Origin: the human T2T-CHM13v2.0 reference genome, Homo sapiens
Length of the DNA: 64,000 bases
Direction: 5' to 3' (one strand)
NCBI RefSeq assembly: GCF_009914755.1
Contig: NC_060933.1
This document shows, piece by piece, positions 18,041 through 32,149 of this stretch. The translations under genes were made by a program, and so were the position numbers. Within the stretch, counting starts at the first letter, position 1, and each line of letters begins with the position of its first letter. Below the pieces are notes generated by a model, which worked only from the letters and a program-made list of their open reading frames with translations, was not told the origin of the DNA and made no database searches.

Positions 18041-19281
18041 TGAAGTTAAGGTATAAGGTCTACAGTTGCAGCTCTCACTGTGCTTTTTGTTTGTGTACAT
18101 TATAGAATAAAATGTAATTGCAGAGTGTTTCAGGAAAGAAAAATCACCCATAGTCCCTCACTTTTATATTGCTTTTAAAACTTTGAGGTCTTCATGTATA
18201 AAATTTTCTCAAAGTAAATATTTCTTCAAATTAATATTTTTACTTTGGAGTACATAATTTTATTCTATAATTTGGCATCTAAAACATGTACAATGATTGA
18301 CAATCAAATGAATGTTCTCATATATAACAAAAATTCAGATGCTAAATGACAAAATTATCTTACCATAATAAATAAAATCCTAACCCAATGGCCCCATATT
18401 GCTAATTTGTCTTCAGTAAATATACTTGAACTGAACCTACCCATGAACTTAAACTGACATCACTAATTTTTCATACACACAAAGAAAACACCAAATTTGT
18501 GTTTATTGAACATAATCTAAATTGTTCTTCTTCCAAGGAAAGCACTATGTGATATAATTTGAAACACTTCAGAACATTTAATTATTATAGAACTTCTGAA
18601 CCTTGTGTTTTTATCTTTATAACCTTATTGACTAGCACAGGGCCTGGCATATTGTCAGGGCTTTAAAAAGTGTTGAGTAAATAAATTAGTATTACAATAT
18701 TCTATTTGGGGTTCTATCCATAACATAAACATGTCTGATTACACCTCTAGACAGCATTCTAATGTTGTTCTTACAAATTTTTCAAAAAAAAAAAAATTCT
18801 GAAGCATTGCTTTGCAAATCCACACCTAAAGTGATAACTCAAGAACAGGAGAAGTGGAGAATTTGGAGACTTTACCCTAAAAACCCTAGGAACCAAGTTA
18901 GATAGGATCTTGAAATAATTGGCTTAAAAATAGTAACATTTGACCTTAAAACCATAATTTTAAAAGAAAAGCAAAATGCTATTGCCACTCTTAATTGCAT
19001 CTGTAACTATGTGTGTGTGTGTCTGTGTGTGTATGACTGATATTAGCATTTAATGCTGCCATTTTCAAGTACTACTACAAAGGTTTAGTGTTTCATTGCC
19101 TAATCTGTATATAGACAACTCTATTGTAAGTCCAGGACATGGAATTTAACAGAAGCCCACCAAAGACATGTAGAAATTTTCTCTGAGGGAATAACTGGTC
19201 TAAATTTGGAGGGGCAAGAAAAAAAGTTTTATTTTAGATTATATTTTGCTATAAAATCATATTATCTTGTTCACACTGAAA

Positions 19282-21015
19282 GTGGCTTTCGAACTGTGAA
19301 ATGGGCAGAGGTTGGAAGAGTGTGGAGGGCTCAGAGGAAGACAGAAGGATGACGGAAAGTTGGATCTTCCTAGAGACTTGCTGAATGGTTGTGACCCAAA
19401 TGCTGATAGTGATATGGACAGAGATGGCCAGGTGGATGAGGTCTCAGATGGAAATGAAAAACCTATGGGAAGCGGAGCAGTCACTTCTCTTAAGCTTTAG
19501 CAAAGAGCCTGGCTGCACTGTGCCCCTGCCAAGGGATATGCGCAACTTCGAGCTTGAGAGTGATGATTTACGGTATCTGGTGGAAGAAATTTCTAACCAG
19601 CAAAACATTTGAGATGTAGACTGGCTGCTTCTAGCAGCCTAGGCTCATATGCACAAGCAAAGAAATGACCTAAAACTGGAACTTATATTTAAAAGGGAGC
19701 ATAAAAGTTTACAAAATTTGTAGCATAGCCATGTGGTAGAAAAGAAAAGCCCATTTCTGGGTGAAGAATTCAAGCAGGCTGCATCAATTTGCATAAGTAA
19801 AGAGGAGCCAAGTCTAATAGTCAAGACAATAAAGAAAAGGCCTTGAAGACATTTCAGAGACCTTTGCAGCAGCCCCTCCCATCACAGGCCCAGAGGCCTA
19901 AGAGGACAGAATGGTTTCCTGGGCCAGGCCCAGAGCCCCACTTCCCTGCACAGCCTTGGGACACTGTTCCCCCACATCACAGTCACTCCAGCTCCAGCTT
20001 CAGGTCAGATACAGCTCAGATACAGATACAGCTCTGGTCACTGCTTCAGAGGGTGCAAGCTGTAAGTCTTGGCAGCTTCCATGTGATGCTAAGCCTGTGA
20101 GTATGCAGCGGATAAGAGTTGAGGCTTGGGAGCCTCTTCCTAGATTTTGGAGGATGTATGGAAAAGTCTGGATGTCCAGGCAGAAGCCTGCTGCAGGGGG
20201 AGATTCCTCATGGAGAACCTCTATTAGAGCAGTACAGAGGGGAAATATGGGGTTGAAGCCCCCACAAAGATTCCACTGGGGCACTGTGATGGTTAATACT
20301 GAGTGTCAACTTGATTGGATTGAAGGATGCAAAGTATTAATCCTGGGTATATCTGTGAGGGTGTTGCCAAAGGAGATTAACATTTAAGTCAGTGGGTTGG
20401 GGAAGGCAGATCTACCCTTAATCTGGATGGGCACCATCTAATCAGCTGCCAGTGAATATAAAGCAGGCAGAAAGACGTGAAAAGGTTAGACTGGCGTAGC
20501 CTCCTGGCCTACATCTTTCTCCCGTGCTGGATGCTTCCTGACCTTGAACATCGGACTCCGAGTTCTTCAATTTTGGAACTCGGACTGGCTATCCTTGCTC
20601 CTTAGCCTGCAGATGGCCTATTGTGGGATCTTGTGATCGTGTGAGTTAATACTTAATAAACTCCCCTTTATATATATACCCAGAGTGGTAGATCCACTGA
20701 CAGCTCAGACCCTGCTCCTGGAAAAGCCACAGACACTCAACACCAGCCCATGAGAGCAGTTGTGGGGGCTGAACCTTGCAAAGCCACAGGGATGGAGCTG
20801 CCCAAAGCCTTGGGAGCCCATCCCTCACACCAGTGTGCGCTGGATGTGGGACATGAAGTCCAAGAAGATCAGTTTGGAGCTTTAAGGTTTAATGACTGCC
20901 CTGCTGGGTTTTAGATGCATGGGGCCTGTAGCCCCTTTATTTTGGCCAAATTCTCCTATTTGGAATGAGAGTGTTTACCCAGTGTATCTTGGAATACCTC
21001 CAATGTATCTTGGAA
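19282..21015 (+). mobile_element. MST/THE1-type MaLR internal fragment without LTRs
   Basis: Typical MaLR-int sequence (gggcagaggttggaagag...gagggctcagaggaagacag; cagcccctcccatcacaggcccagaggccta). Confidence 0.85.
20285..20678 (+). mobile_element. MLT2A (HERV-L LTR), 3'-truncated at its TA repeat, nested in the MaLR-int
   Basis: tgtgatggttaatactgagtgtcaacttgattggattgaaggatgcaaagta... is the MLT2A 5' end. Confidence 0.88.
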
Positions 21016-21384
21016 TAATGAAATTCTAACTTTTTTTTCCAGAAACATTCTAAGGCATGGCTTTTCAAATTCTTATCTAAGAACAAGCATAGGAGAAGTG
21101 GGACCTGGAGAAATTTTTACCTTTAAAAACCCTAGAAACCAAGCATATAAGATGATAAAATGATTGCTTTTAAAATAATAAAATAATATTTTGACTTTAA
21201 AACTTTATTTTTAAAAGCAAGAAAAATTGCTATTACTGGCCTTAATTGTACCTATTCATTTTTCTATTTGTGACTGAAATAAGCATTTAAGGTGATCATT
21301 TTCAAGTATAAAAGTTTACACTACATTATACAATCTGTGCAATCAACCTCACTATAAACTCAAGACATAGAAATTAACAGAAGT

Positions 21385-21667
21385 GGGTGGGCACAGTGGC
21401 TCATGCCTGTAATCCCGGCACTTTGGGAGGCTGAGTCAAGTGGATCACTTGAGGTCAGGAGTTTAAGACCAGCCTAGGCAACATGGTGAAACCCCCATCT
21501 ATACTAAAAAAAAGTTCAAAAATTAGCTGACATGCTCACTTGAACCCAGGAGGCAGAGGTTGCAGTGAGCAGTGGGCCAAGATCGTGCCACTGCACATCA
21601 GCCTGGGTAACAGAGCAAGACTCTGTCTCAAAAAAAAAAAAAAAGGAAAAAGAAAGAAAAAAGAAAA
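21385..21667 (+). mobile_element. Alu with internal deletion, inserted in duplicate block B''
   Basis: 16-bp TSD AGAAATTAACAGAAGT at 21369-21384 and 21668-21683. Confidence 0.93.
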
Positions 21668-22232
21668 AGAAATTAACAGAAGTCACCAAAATCATGTTGA
21701 AATCATAATTAAGGCAATAAGCAGTTTAAGCAGGCAGGGTTGGGAAAATTATGTTTTAGATTATGCTTCTCTATAAAAAATGAATTAATTTGTTCATACT
21801 GAAACTTTGTCTAACACTATTGTCTGTTGCATAGCTCTTGGAATAAGGCAGATCCACAGTAGAAAATTAAAACGTTTCACTTCTAGTACAGGTTTATGGC
21901 CTGTACCACAGAGAAAGATTAGAAATGGCATCAGTATATCAAATAAGCGTTTACAAATGAACAATAAAATTTTGTCTCCATTTTTTAAAGCACAGCCTTT
22001 TACCTTGAGACCAATACACAACACTCTAGATGAAATAAATCAGCATTATTTACTTCAGCTTGATATAATATTAATTGTTATATGGCTAAACAAAATGGGT
22101 ATTTGTATGATAATATTTAGCTTAACTTACTCTCTGGTTATGTATATAATGAAACTAGAGATGAAAGAAAAAATGGAGTAGTCATCATGAGCAAATAAGA
22201 GAAAAGAAAGCAGACAAGAAAAGATGGAAACA

Positions 22233-22515
22233 GGCCAGTTGCGGTGACTCACGCCTGTAATCCCAACACTTTGGGAGGCCGAGGCAGGTGGACCACCTGA
22301 GGTCGGGAGTTTGAGATCAGCCTGGCCAATATGGTGAAACCCCGTCTCTACTAAAAATACAAAAATTAGCCGGGCCACAGTGGCATGCGTCTATAATTCC
22401 AGCTACTCAGGAGGCTGAGGCAGGAGAATCACTTGAACCTGGGAGGCAGAGGTTGCAGCGAGCCAAGGTTATGCCACTGCACTCCAGCCTGGGAGACAGA
22501 GCAAGACCCTGTTTC

Positions 22516-22545
<30 letters not shown>
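22233..22545 (+). mobile_element. AluS
   Basis: Dimeric Alu with polyA. Confidence 0.95.
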
Positions 22546-22547
<2 letters not shown>

Positions 22548-23478
22548 GGGAAACACTATTGAGCATCTACTCTGCTACATGAACCAATTCTTGGGTATCC
22601 TTCTCCCCATCTTAGAGATGAAGAAGCCAGACTCAGAGAGCCTGTGTCACTTATCCATGGTTACTGAACCAGTAAGTGATAGAGTCAGGTTCGGACACAG
22701 GTATATGTGACTCCAAAGCCTGTGAACCTGCAAGTGCACACAAAGAAGAATGAATCCACAGCCCTCAGTAGCCATACCATGACGTTAAGCCACTGCTAAC
22801 ACATCCTCTTGCTGGCTAGGTAAGAAATCCAACTATAAGAATATATTTCCAATTACTGACAAGATATTACAGTTTTAAATTTAACTTAAAATTTCATTTT
22901 TTCTTTAGTTTAGCCTACAGTTTATTTATAAGCTTCTGGAAGACATTAAAATAGACTTAAACAAATGGAAAAACATTTCCTATTCTTGAATAAAATGACT
23001 CAATAGTTCTTCACAAATAAACTTATAAGTTAATACAATCCCAATGAAAAATATCAACAGACTATTTTATACTTGGGCATGTTGATACCAAAATTTCTGT
23101 GGAAAATCAAACATGAAAGATTATCCAAGAAAACATTGAAAAAGAAAAACTACAATGGTATAGTAGCCTCAACAAGCATTAAACCATACTAAAAAGTGTC
23201 TATAATTAAAACATTACAATACTAGTACATGACTAGACAAACTGACCAGTGAATTAGAGTGTCCAGAAACAAATGCAAGTACATACAGAGACTTAGTATG
23301 TGATACAGGTAGTATCTCAACTCACTGGGGGTAAAGATAGACTTCTTAATAAGTGGTATAGGTACCACAAGGTAGCCGTCTGAAAAAGATAAAACTAGAT
23401 CCCTATCTCATATCATATATGAGAATAAACCCCAAATGGATTTGGAATCTAAATGTCAATAAATGAAGCTATACAAGT

Positions 23479-23804
23479 TGCTATGGTTTGAATGTGTCCC
23501 CCCAAAGTTCATGTGTGGGAAACTTAATCCTTTATCCTCATGAATGAATAAATGCTGGCTCTGCCCTCATGAATAAATTAATGTCCCTATCATGAGAGTA
23601 GGTTTGTTATCATGGCTTTGTTATAAAACCAAGCTTTCTTGGGCTTGCTTGCTCTGTCTTATCATATGATGCTTCCCGCCATGTCCTGATGCAGAAGGAA
23701 GGAGACTTCCCAGCCTCTAGAACCATGAGCTAAATCAATCTCTATTCTTTATAAATCACCCAGTCTGTATATTGGATTATAGCAACAGAAAATGAACGAA
23801 GACA
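23479..23804 (+). mobile_element. MST-type MaLR solo LTR
   Basis: tgctatggtttgaatgtgtcccc...gaagaca, flanked by caagt/aaagt. Confidence 0.8.
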
Positions 23805-24441
23805 AAAGTACCACAGGAAACAAGGATAACTGTGGTATAGGGAAAAGCTTTCTACATCAAGAATCAAAATGTAGAGTAAATAAAATATTGGTAACTTGAC
23901 CACATAAAACTAAACTTTTTTTCATGGTGTAAAAATTTTTAAACCACCGTAAACAAGTGACAATCTGAGATAAAATATTAGGAAGATATATCCATAGACA
24001 AGAGGCCAATACTCCTAATATTCAAAGAACACTTGAGGGACAGTAGACAAGAGACCAATAAACAGAAAATTCACAAAAAAAACAAGATATATAAATGGCC
24101 CTCAAATGTGAGAAAATGTTCAAACTCACTCATAATTAAAGAAAAGCAAATTAAAGCAAGACTGAGATACCACTTCTTGCTTGTCAGGCTAGCAAAAACT
24201 AAAAAGCAAGACAACATACTTTGTTGGTGAGACTTTGGGAAAATAGCCACTTTCAAATTGATAAACCCTTCTGAAGAGAAACGTAGCAATATCTAACAAG
24301 TACTTGCCTTTAACTCAGCAATCTCAACTCTAAAAATCTACCCTGAAGATACACCTCTAACAATATAAAAATATGAAAGAACAAAGTTATTCATTGAAGC
24401 ACTGTTTGTAATAGCAAAATATTGGAAATAACCTAAGTACC

Positions 24442-24926
24442 TGGGGTGGGCAGAATAATGGGACCTCAGAGAAGCCCATGTCTAATCCTCAGAACCTGTG
24501 AATGTATCTCCTTACGTGGCAAAAAAGGACTTTGTAGATCTGACTCAGCTCAGGATTTTAAGATAGGAAAAGAAGAGTATCCTGTATTATCCAGGCCCAG
24601 TGTAATCACAAGGGTCCTAAAAGTGAAAGATGGAGGCAAGAGAGTCAGAATTAGAGAGAAATGAAGATGCCATGCTGCTAGCTTAAATGTGGAGGAAGGG
24701 CCCATGAGCCAAGGAATGCAGGCAGCCTCTAGAAACTAAAAAAGGCAAGGAAAGAGGTTTTCTCCTAGACCCTCCAGAAGAAATGCAGCCCCCCTCACAT
24801 CTTGATTTTTATCCATTGAGAACCATTTCAAACTTCTGGCCTTCAGAAATATAAGATAAACAATTTTATGTTGTTTTAAATCACTAAGTTTGTGATAATT
24901 TGTTATAGCAATAGAAAACTAATACA
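24442..24926 (+). mobile_element. MLT1 (C/D-like) LTR
   Basis: ggcagaataatgg...ttgttatagcaatagaaaactaataca. Confidence 0.8.
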
Positions 24927-25259
24927 GTGTACATACATCATTTGAATAAATTTTGATATAGCTACACAATAAAATTCTATGCAACCATTTTTTTAAATGA
25001 TAAAGATCTCTATGAATTGATTTGGAGTGGTTTCCAGGATATACTGCTAAATGAAAAATGCAAAGTAAACAATGTATCAATGATATGCTACCCTTCACAC
25101 ATGAGAGAAGGGGGCATAAGAAAATACTCATATAGCTATTAACTGTACCAAATCAATGTAGGAAGGACAAACCAAAGATTTATCTTGGTTAAGAGATTAA
25201 ACACCTATAGAGGAAGGGTGGGAACAGGGTATTATAAAGAGGAGGGGGAATGGGAATGA

Positions 25260-25590
<331 letters not shown>

Positions 25591-28439
25591 GAATGTATCT
25601 TTTTTATATAGCTTTGACTATTAGAACCATAGCAATGTTTCATATACTCCTCAGCACTATAATTAATTAAAACCAACCAGATGTGGAGAGAATATAAATT
25701 ATAACAAATAAATCCAACTGCATTACAAGTCAATAAACTAACACTGAAGGAGCCGGGAGAAACTAACCTTACTAACTTAGGAAAACAATATTTTGACTGG
25801 ATACTGTGAAGACAAAAGGAACATGCAAATAACGTCCTCTGGTTATCGAATCTGTTTCTCACAGGGGTACGTACTGGCAATTCTAAAACTATTTTACATG
25901 TCTACTGGGATTGAAGTGAATATAGTGTAAGTGTCCCAGTACCTGAGGAAAAAAAACTTATGAATGAAGAAAGGGGAAGAGCTAGAATGAAATGTGTCAC
26001 ACTGGATTGGAAATAGAAGTGTCAATATGAACTTCTGGTTTAGAAAATATACACAGATAGGTAGATATAGAAATAAATACAGATGTGTGTCTATGCATGG
26101 GTTCATATACATACATGTCTTTGCTAAGAGGACAATCATCATAACAGTAAGCATACCCAGAGCCCAGGTCTTGATTTCCAAATATCATTCTCTGACAAAA
26201 GGGACCAGGACTCCATGAAGAAGTCATTAATTCCAGGCCTGGAGCAGGAACAATATAAGATAAGCCTGGCATATATTGTGATCACAGAAAAGAAGCAGGT
26301 ACTCAAAAAAGGATGGGTTCTATTAAAAAGATATAGAAAGCAAATGGAAGTTGGTCAAAGTCAAGGCTGAAACAATCTGGGCCGCAAAATAAATAATGAT
26401 GGTACTAGTTTATAACCCATAGAGTAAAATGTCCACGAAAACATATTCATATAAATAATTGGATAAATAAACACACAAAGAAGGGACAGCTCTTCCAATT
26501 AACAAATACAGATGAAATGAAGTAAATAAAAAAATCACTATTAGGCAAACCTCAGAGTAATAACTGTTGCATGTAAGATCTCACCAATGAAAGATGAAAT
26601 CAGTGGGCAAAAGTTCAAGAAGAAGCAGAATATTAACAAAGTCTCAAAGTATCTCCTCAAAGATATTTATCAATTAGAAAGAAAAAATAGTAACTTTACA
26701 GTGTATATAAACTTGATGGATACAACCTTAACCAAGTGATCAAGGTTAACACCACTAGCAATAAGACATATCAACTTCATGTATCCTCTGATACAATGCA
26801 ACAAGGAAGACACAAAAGCATTTTGTGGTTTAAGAAAAATAAGCAAAAACATTCACAATCTCAATCTAATCATGAGAAAATATTGAACAAACCCAAAGTA
26901 AGAAATTCTACTAAATAAATGACCAGTATTTCTCAAAAGTACTTATCATAAAAGGCAAGGAAAGAAAGAATAACTGTCACAGATGGGAGGAGATTAAGAA
27001 GACATCAATTAAATGTGATGGGAGATCTTGGGTTTGATCCTGGAACAGAAAAGGGACTTTAGGAAAAAACTGGTGAAATATCAAAAAAAAAAAAAAAATC
27101 AGTGGTTAATAGTATTATACCAATATTAATCTCCTGGTTTTGATCATTGTACAATGACTTTGTAAATTGTTAATATTAGAGAAAGCTGGATAAAGGATAT
27201 ACTTGAACTCTCCATGTTTTGCACCTTTTCTGCAAATCTAAAATTATTTCAAAATTAAACATTTTTTTTAAAAATATGGATTCACTTTTATTCTGAATGT
27301 CATGAGTTTATTCAAGTCTAATAATACTTCAGATTGTTTTCCTTAATACTCAACATTAAAGACATCTATGGGGGCTTTTTTCTCTCTCTCTAGAAATCCT
27401 CCTCCTCCTGCTGCCCTAAATTCTTCATTATCTTAAGGAACCAGGTAAAGTAGAAACAAGACATGTAGAAGTCTAAAGATTTTAATAGCAAGGTTACCTG
27501 AAATTCTGTTTGAAATATGGTAGGGTGACTATGTGTCTGTCTGTGTACATATTATCAAAATGTATAAAGAAGGCAAAAACAATTATTAAAGCTATAGGAT
27601 CATTTTTAATCATTTTGCACCTGAAACCCTACATATAGTAGGCATTCTGAAAATGCCTCACAGAATTAATAAATAATAAAGCAATCCACCCCCTTGCCCA
27701 AGCAATGAAGAACAAAAATTAATGAAAATTTGCTCTCTTCAGATTTATGAAAATAAAATTATAGCTTGAAGGAGGAAAACAAAAAAAAAAGCTTTCTGAT
27801 GGTTACTGGATTCATTGGTCTCACTTAAGTTTGTGAACAAATCTAAAAACTGTGTGTCTGCCCTGGAGAAGTGTCTGTCCTGGACCCATTGTTTGCATGG
27901 AAGGGCTAGGCAGCCAAGGATCAGCTTGGTGGCTTGACCTTTCTTTGCCATTTATCTACCTTTGTAGAAAAGTGCCTGTGGCACTAATGACCTTTATTAA
28001 CTGTTCTACTTTCACTTCCTACCATTTCTGGACATCAGAATATAGGAAATATTAAAAGTATTTTCATTAGCTCCCCAAGTGACTGCAGACATATTAATAT
28101 CTGCCCTACATTTTAAGAGACTTGGTGGACATTTTTAGTAGGCTCTTTAAACGTTAAATAATGCATAATAGTATTTGCATTTAGATACAGTCCTTCTTAC
28201 TGTAACTAAGCTAACTTATTTCCATTCATTCCAGCTTTGAAAGAGAAAGACACAGCAGGTTGCCACTCAAACTTTGAAGACCAGTAAAGGTCAAGATGCA
28301 CTTTTCAAAGGGGCTGTGTGGGCAGAACCTGGTAAGCAGTTTCTTTATCTGAGCCAGTTAAAGACTTAGTATGTGACCCCTAATATTTACTGTACAGTGT
28401 CTAGCTTCGGTATGCTTATAAAGAATGGACCTCATACCA

Positions 28440-31400
28440 AGACAGCTGGATATCCACACGCAAAAGAGTAAAGTTGGACCCTTACTTCATACCATACATA
28501 AAAATTAACTCAAAATGGACCCAAGACCTAAATTTAAGAGCTACAACTAGAAAACTTTTAGAAAAAAAACACAGGAGTAAATCCATATGAAGTTGGATTT
28601 GGCAATGGTTTCTCTGATATGACACCAAAAACAACAAAAGAAAAATAAACTGGACTTCATAAAAATTGAAAATGTGTGTGTCAAGGGACACTGTCAAGAG
28701 AAAAAAAAAAACACCTGCGAATGGGAGAATATATTTACAAATCTTATAGCCAATAAAAATCTAGTATCCATAATATGTAAAGTACTCTTTTTTTTTTTCT
28801 CATGATGTCTCGGTTTATTGCTCCCCTATTGGGCTTTCAGTTTAATAAACACGTAGGATCTCTAATTACAAGTGAAGAAAATGAAGGTTCACAACAAAAC
28901 ACAACACATTGGAGACAGTTGTTAAAATATTTTCTCAAAAAAAAACGACTGTCCATTTTGACTTGTTTTGCTGCCATTCAAAATGTATAAAAAGCCTCAG
29001 CAACTAAATGAAGACTGAGTTTCAAGGAAAACAAAAAAAGTAGAGAAGCCAGCACTGCATGTCTTAACTGAATTTTTACAAGGATTTGCAGGTTTAATTC
29101 TACTTGCATACAGAGCATCTTTGTTTTAATCTAACGGATTTCGAGAAGATCACATTGTACGCACTTGTGGAGTTTAACGTCTAAGTAGAATATGTCTATC
29201 TCGTAACGTGATTTTGAAAAATCAGAAATTACAGTCCATTGAATACATGATTATGAGGATGCATGCAATCATCTTCAAAGCTGTTGCCATCAGTACTCAG
29301 AGCAAGTTGCCTGGTATCTTGTTGAGACCTCACCTTCTGCCCTTCATGTCTGTCTTGCGGTAAATCAAGAGGCAAACCAGAGGCCAGCTCTCAGCACCAA
29401 ATGGTCAGTGTCGCCCCCTCATCTTCTCACTGGGATCTCATCACCAATGTGCTCAACCCCTAAGTTGGCACCCACAAGAGACTTCCCTGCAGCCCTCTCC
29501 AGCCACAAGATGTCACAGTCAAGCGCTTAGAAATGCAGGACATGTTATGGAGCACGATGCTGAGGAGGAAGACCAAGACGCAAGCCACCAAGATGACAGT
29601 GCACACCCTCAACCACATGGAGCTTTTCACCATGCCCCGCCTGTCCTGCTCCTCCTCCGCCACCCCCTGGGGAGCCCTGCCTTGCAGAGGCTGCTGTCCA
29701 GCAGGGATGGTCACCACAGTGACGGACTTCTGCCGGTTCCTGGGCAGCAGGTGGCGGCTCATATCTCCGGGCAGCAGCGCGTGCTCCTTGGAGATGGGCA
29801 GGGGCAGCATGTAGCACCCACTGCCGGGAAGTCTGATGAAGACCGGCATGTGCTCCGAAGCGTGTGGAATGGTGATGACAGCCAGGACCTCGGGGTCGTC
29901 GAGGAGCTGCGACACGGAGAAGTCAGGGGGCAGCTTGGTGACACCGCTGCACCAGGGGCATCGCACATCCTTCTGGCTGGTCCTCGTCTGCTGGAGGCAA
30001 ACTGAACAGCAGGTGTGCTTGCAATCCAGCAACTTGGCCTTCACTAGGGGCTGCAGTAATTAAAACAGATCTGACATTCTAGCAGAGTCCTGGGACAGCG
30101 TCTCCATGGTGGACCCTGAGCAGGAAGGGCAAGGCCAAGGGGAAGGGGAGGGAGCTGGTCTTCAGAGGCCGCCGCTCTGCGTCTTTCCAGTGCAGGTCAT
30201 GGGGAGCTCAGACATCCAGCACTCACAGGTGTGTTCATTTTGTCAAAGGCCAGGGCGACCTCAGCGACAGGCAGCTCAGAGCCAGCAGCGGGGCACATCT
30301 TCTTTCAAAACACCCAGGAATACAAGGCCAGCAGCAATGGCAATTTTCAAAGACCATGGCTTCTGGAAACAGTGGTTCCCAAGGAAAACATTGCAATATG
30401 ATTATTTATCCTCCAAACTGAATCTGTCACTGAATCCCTTTCACTCCATTCTGAGCATGATGACATCAAGTGGAAATGGTACGTGTTTGGGAGGCAAGAG
30501 CCAGGAAGCACAATTGAGACTGAGCTTTCTTCAGCGGACCTTTCTCCGTGGCGTGTTCAGGTGCTGGCTACAGAGGCCACGGACGCTACAGCTTCGCGGG
30601 GTGGTCCTGGGTGCCTGCCCAGCTGAGCCAGACACGCCCTATGGCCAGCGGCCGCCGCGAGCCACAAAAAAAGACACAAAAAAGACTAGAACTGACATTT
30701 CGCCAAAGCAGATATACAAATGGCCATTAAGCCCACGAAAACATATTCAATGTTATTAGCCATTATGGAAATTCAACTCAAAACCAGAATGAGATATATT
30801 TCAAAACTACCAGATGACTAGAATTTGGGGGGAAAAAAAAAGAGAGAGAGAAAATAAGATTTGGTGACGACATAAAAAATGGTAACCCTTACACTTTACA
30901 GCGGGAATGTAAAAAACTGTGGCCATGGTGGAAAAGAGTTTGGTGGTTCCTCAATAAGTTAAGCATAAAATTACCATATGACTCCGCAACTCCATTACTA
31001 GGTATATACCCAAAAGAATGGAAAACAACTGTTCAAACAAAAACTGGTATAAGAATGTTCACAGCAGCACTATACACAATATCCAAAAGGTAGAAACAAC
31101 CCAAATATCCACCAACATATGACTAGGTAAACAAAATGTGGTATATCCATACAATGGATGATATTCAGCCATAAAAAGGAATGAGGTACTGATACATGTT
31201 ACAACATGGATGAATCTTAGAAAGGTTATGTTAATTGGAGGAAGCCAGACACAAAAGACTGCATATTCTATGATTTCATTTACAGAAAATGCCCAAAATA
31301 GGCAAACCCATTGAGGCAGAAAGCAGATGAGTGGTTGCAGAAAGCATATTAGTGGTTGCAAAGGGCTGAGGAAGGAGAGGAGGAATTGGAAGTGACCGGT

Positions 31401-31562
31401 TAACAATTACAGGGTTTCCTTTTGGAGTGATGAAGTGTTACAGAATTAAATAGTGGTGACAGTTGCACAACACTGTACATGTACTAAATGTCACTGAATT
31501 GTGGTAGACTTTAAAATGGTGACGTTTATATGATGTGTATTTTTTTCACAAGTGAAAAAAAT
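28440..31562 (+). mobile_element. Ancient L1M (L1MB-like) split by the RNF152 retrocopy (pieces 28440-28787 and 30665-31562)
   Basis: L1 ORF2-end and 3'UTR sequence resumes collinearly on both sides of the retrocopy. Confidence 0.8.
28788..30664 (-). pseudogene. RNF152P1: RNF152 processed pseudogene (5'UTR + CDS + 3'UTR + polyA)
   Basis: ATG at 30107 (METLSQDS...). ORF 29460-30044 translates KLLDCKHTCCSVCLQQ...RCPWC...CTVILVACVLVFLL...SCG, the RNF152 RING/TM protein. Disabled by a 2-nt deletion (TAA at 30062-30060), TAG TGA at 30046-30041 and a 1-nt deletion. The parental stop reads TGG (29501-29499). AATAAA at 28819-28814, A-tail 28798-28788, no introns. Confidence 0.95.
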
Positions 31563-32149
31563 TAACTTCAGAAGAATGACTTCAGATGAGGAACATGGGG
31601 AGACTACGGCAGGTAGTGGGGACAGGAGGTATGGGCAGAAATGAGCCCCAGAACGAAAAGCTAAATACGGTGTGGATCCAGGAGTTAAGTCATGCATGTA
31701 CACCCACTCCCTCGGTGAACTTGTGTTGGCCATGCTGCCCCTTTAAGAAAGACACTTCCAGGTTAAGTCCGCTCATACTTCTAGTCTCTGGGCCAACTCC
31801 CACTCACTACCTGGTCTTTCTCCCTACAAAGATTGTGCTGCTTTCTTCTCCTCCACCTACTCTACATTCTGGTTCCTTGTCACCAAAAGCCTCTCTAAAA
31901 GCACACACTGCACTTTCTTGCTTTCCTCAGAACATAGGACCCTTCCTATTTCAAGATGTTGGTACAGCCTTCTCCTCAAAAAACAAGCAAGTAAAGAAAA
32001 AAACAGATGGGGGGCACAAGTGTGACAGATACTGGGAGTTATAAGGATTTAAGCAACTTTTAAATGTGCTCATAATAGTTATTTGCTGCTTTAACTTTTA
32101 TGTATTTCAGAAAGCATTTATTGAGCACACACTATATTTTATGTTGCAA

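Noticed and set aside
30106-30759. 217-aa + strand ORF
   Set aside because: Antisense of the RNF152 retrocopy 5'UTR running into L1; no recognisable protein.
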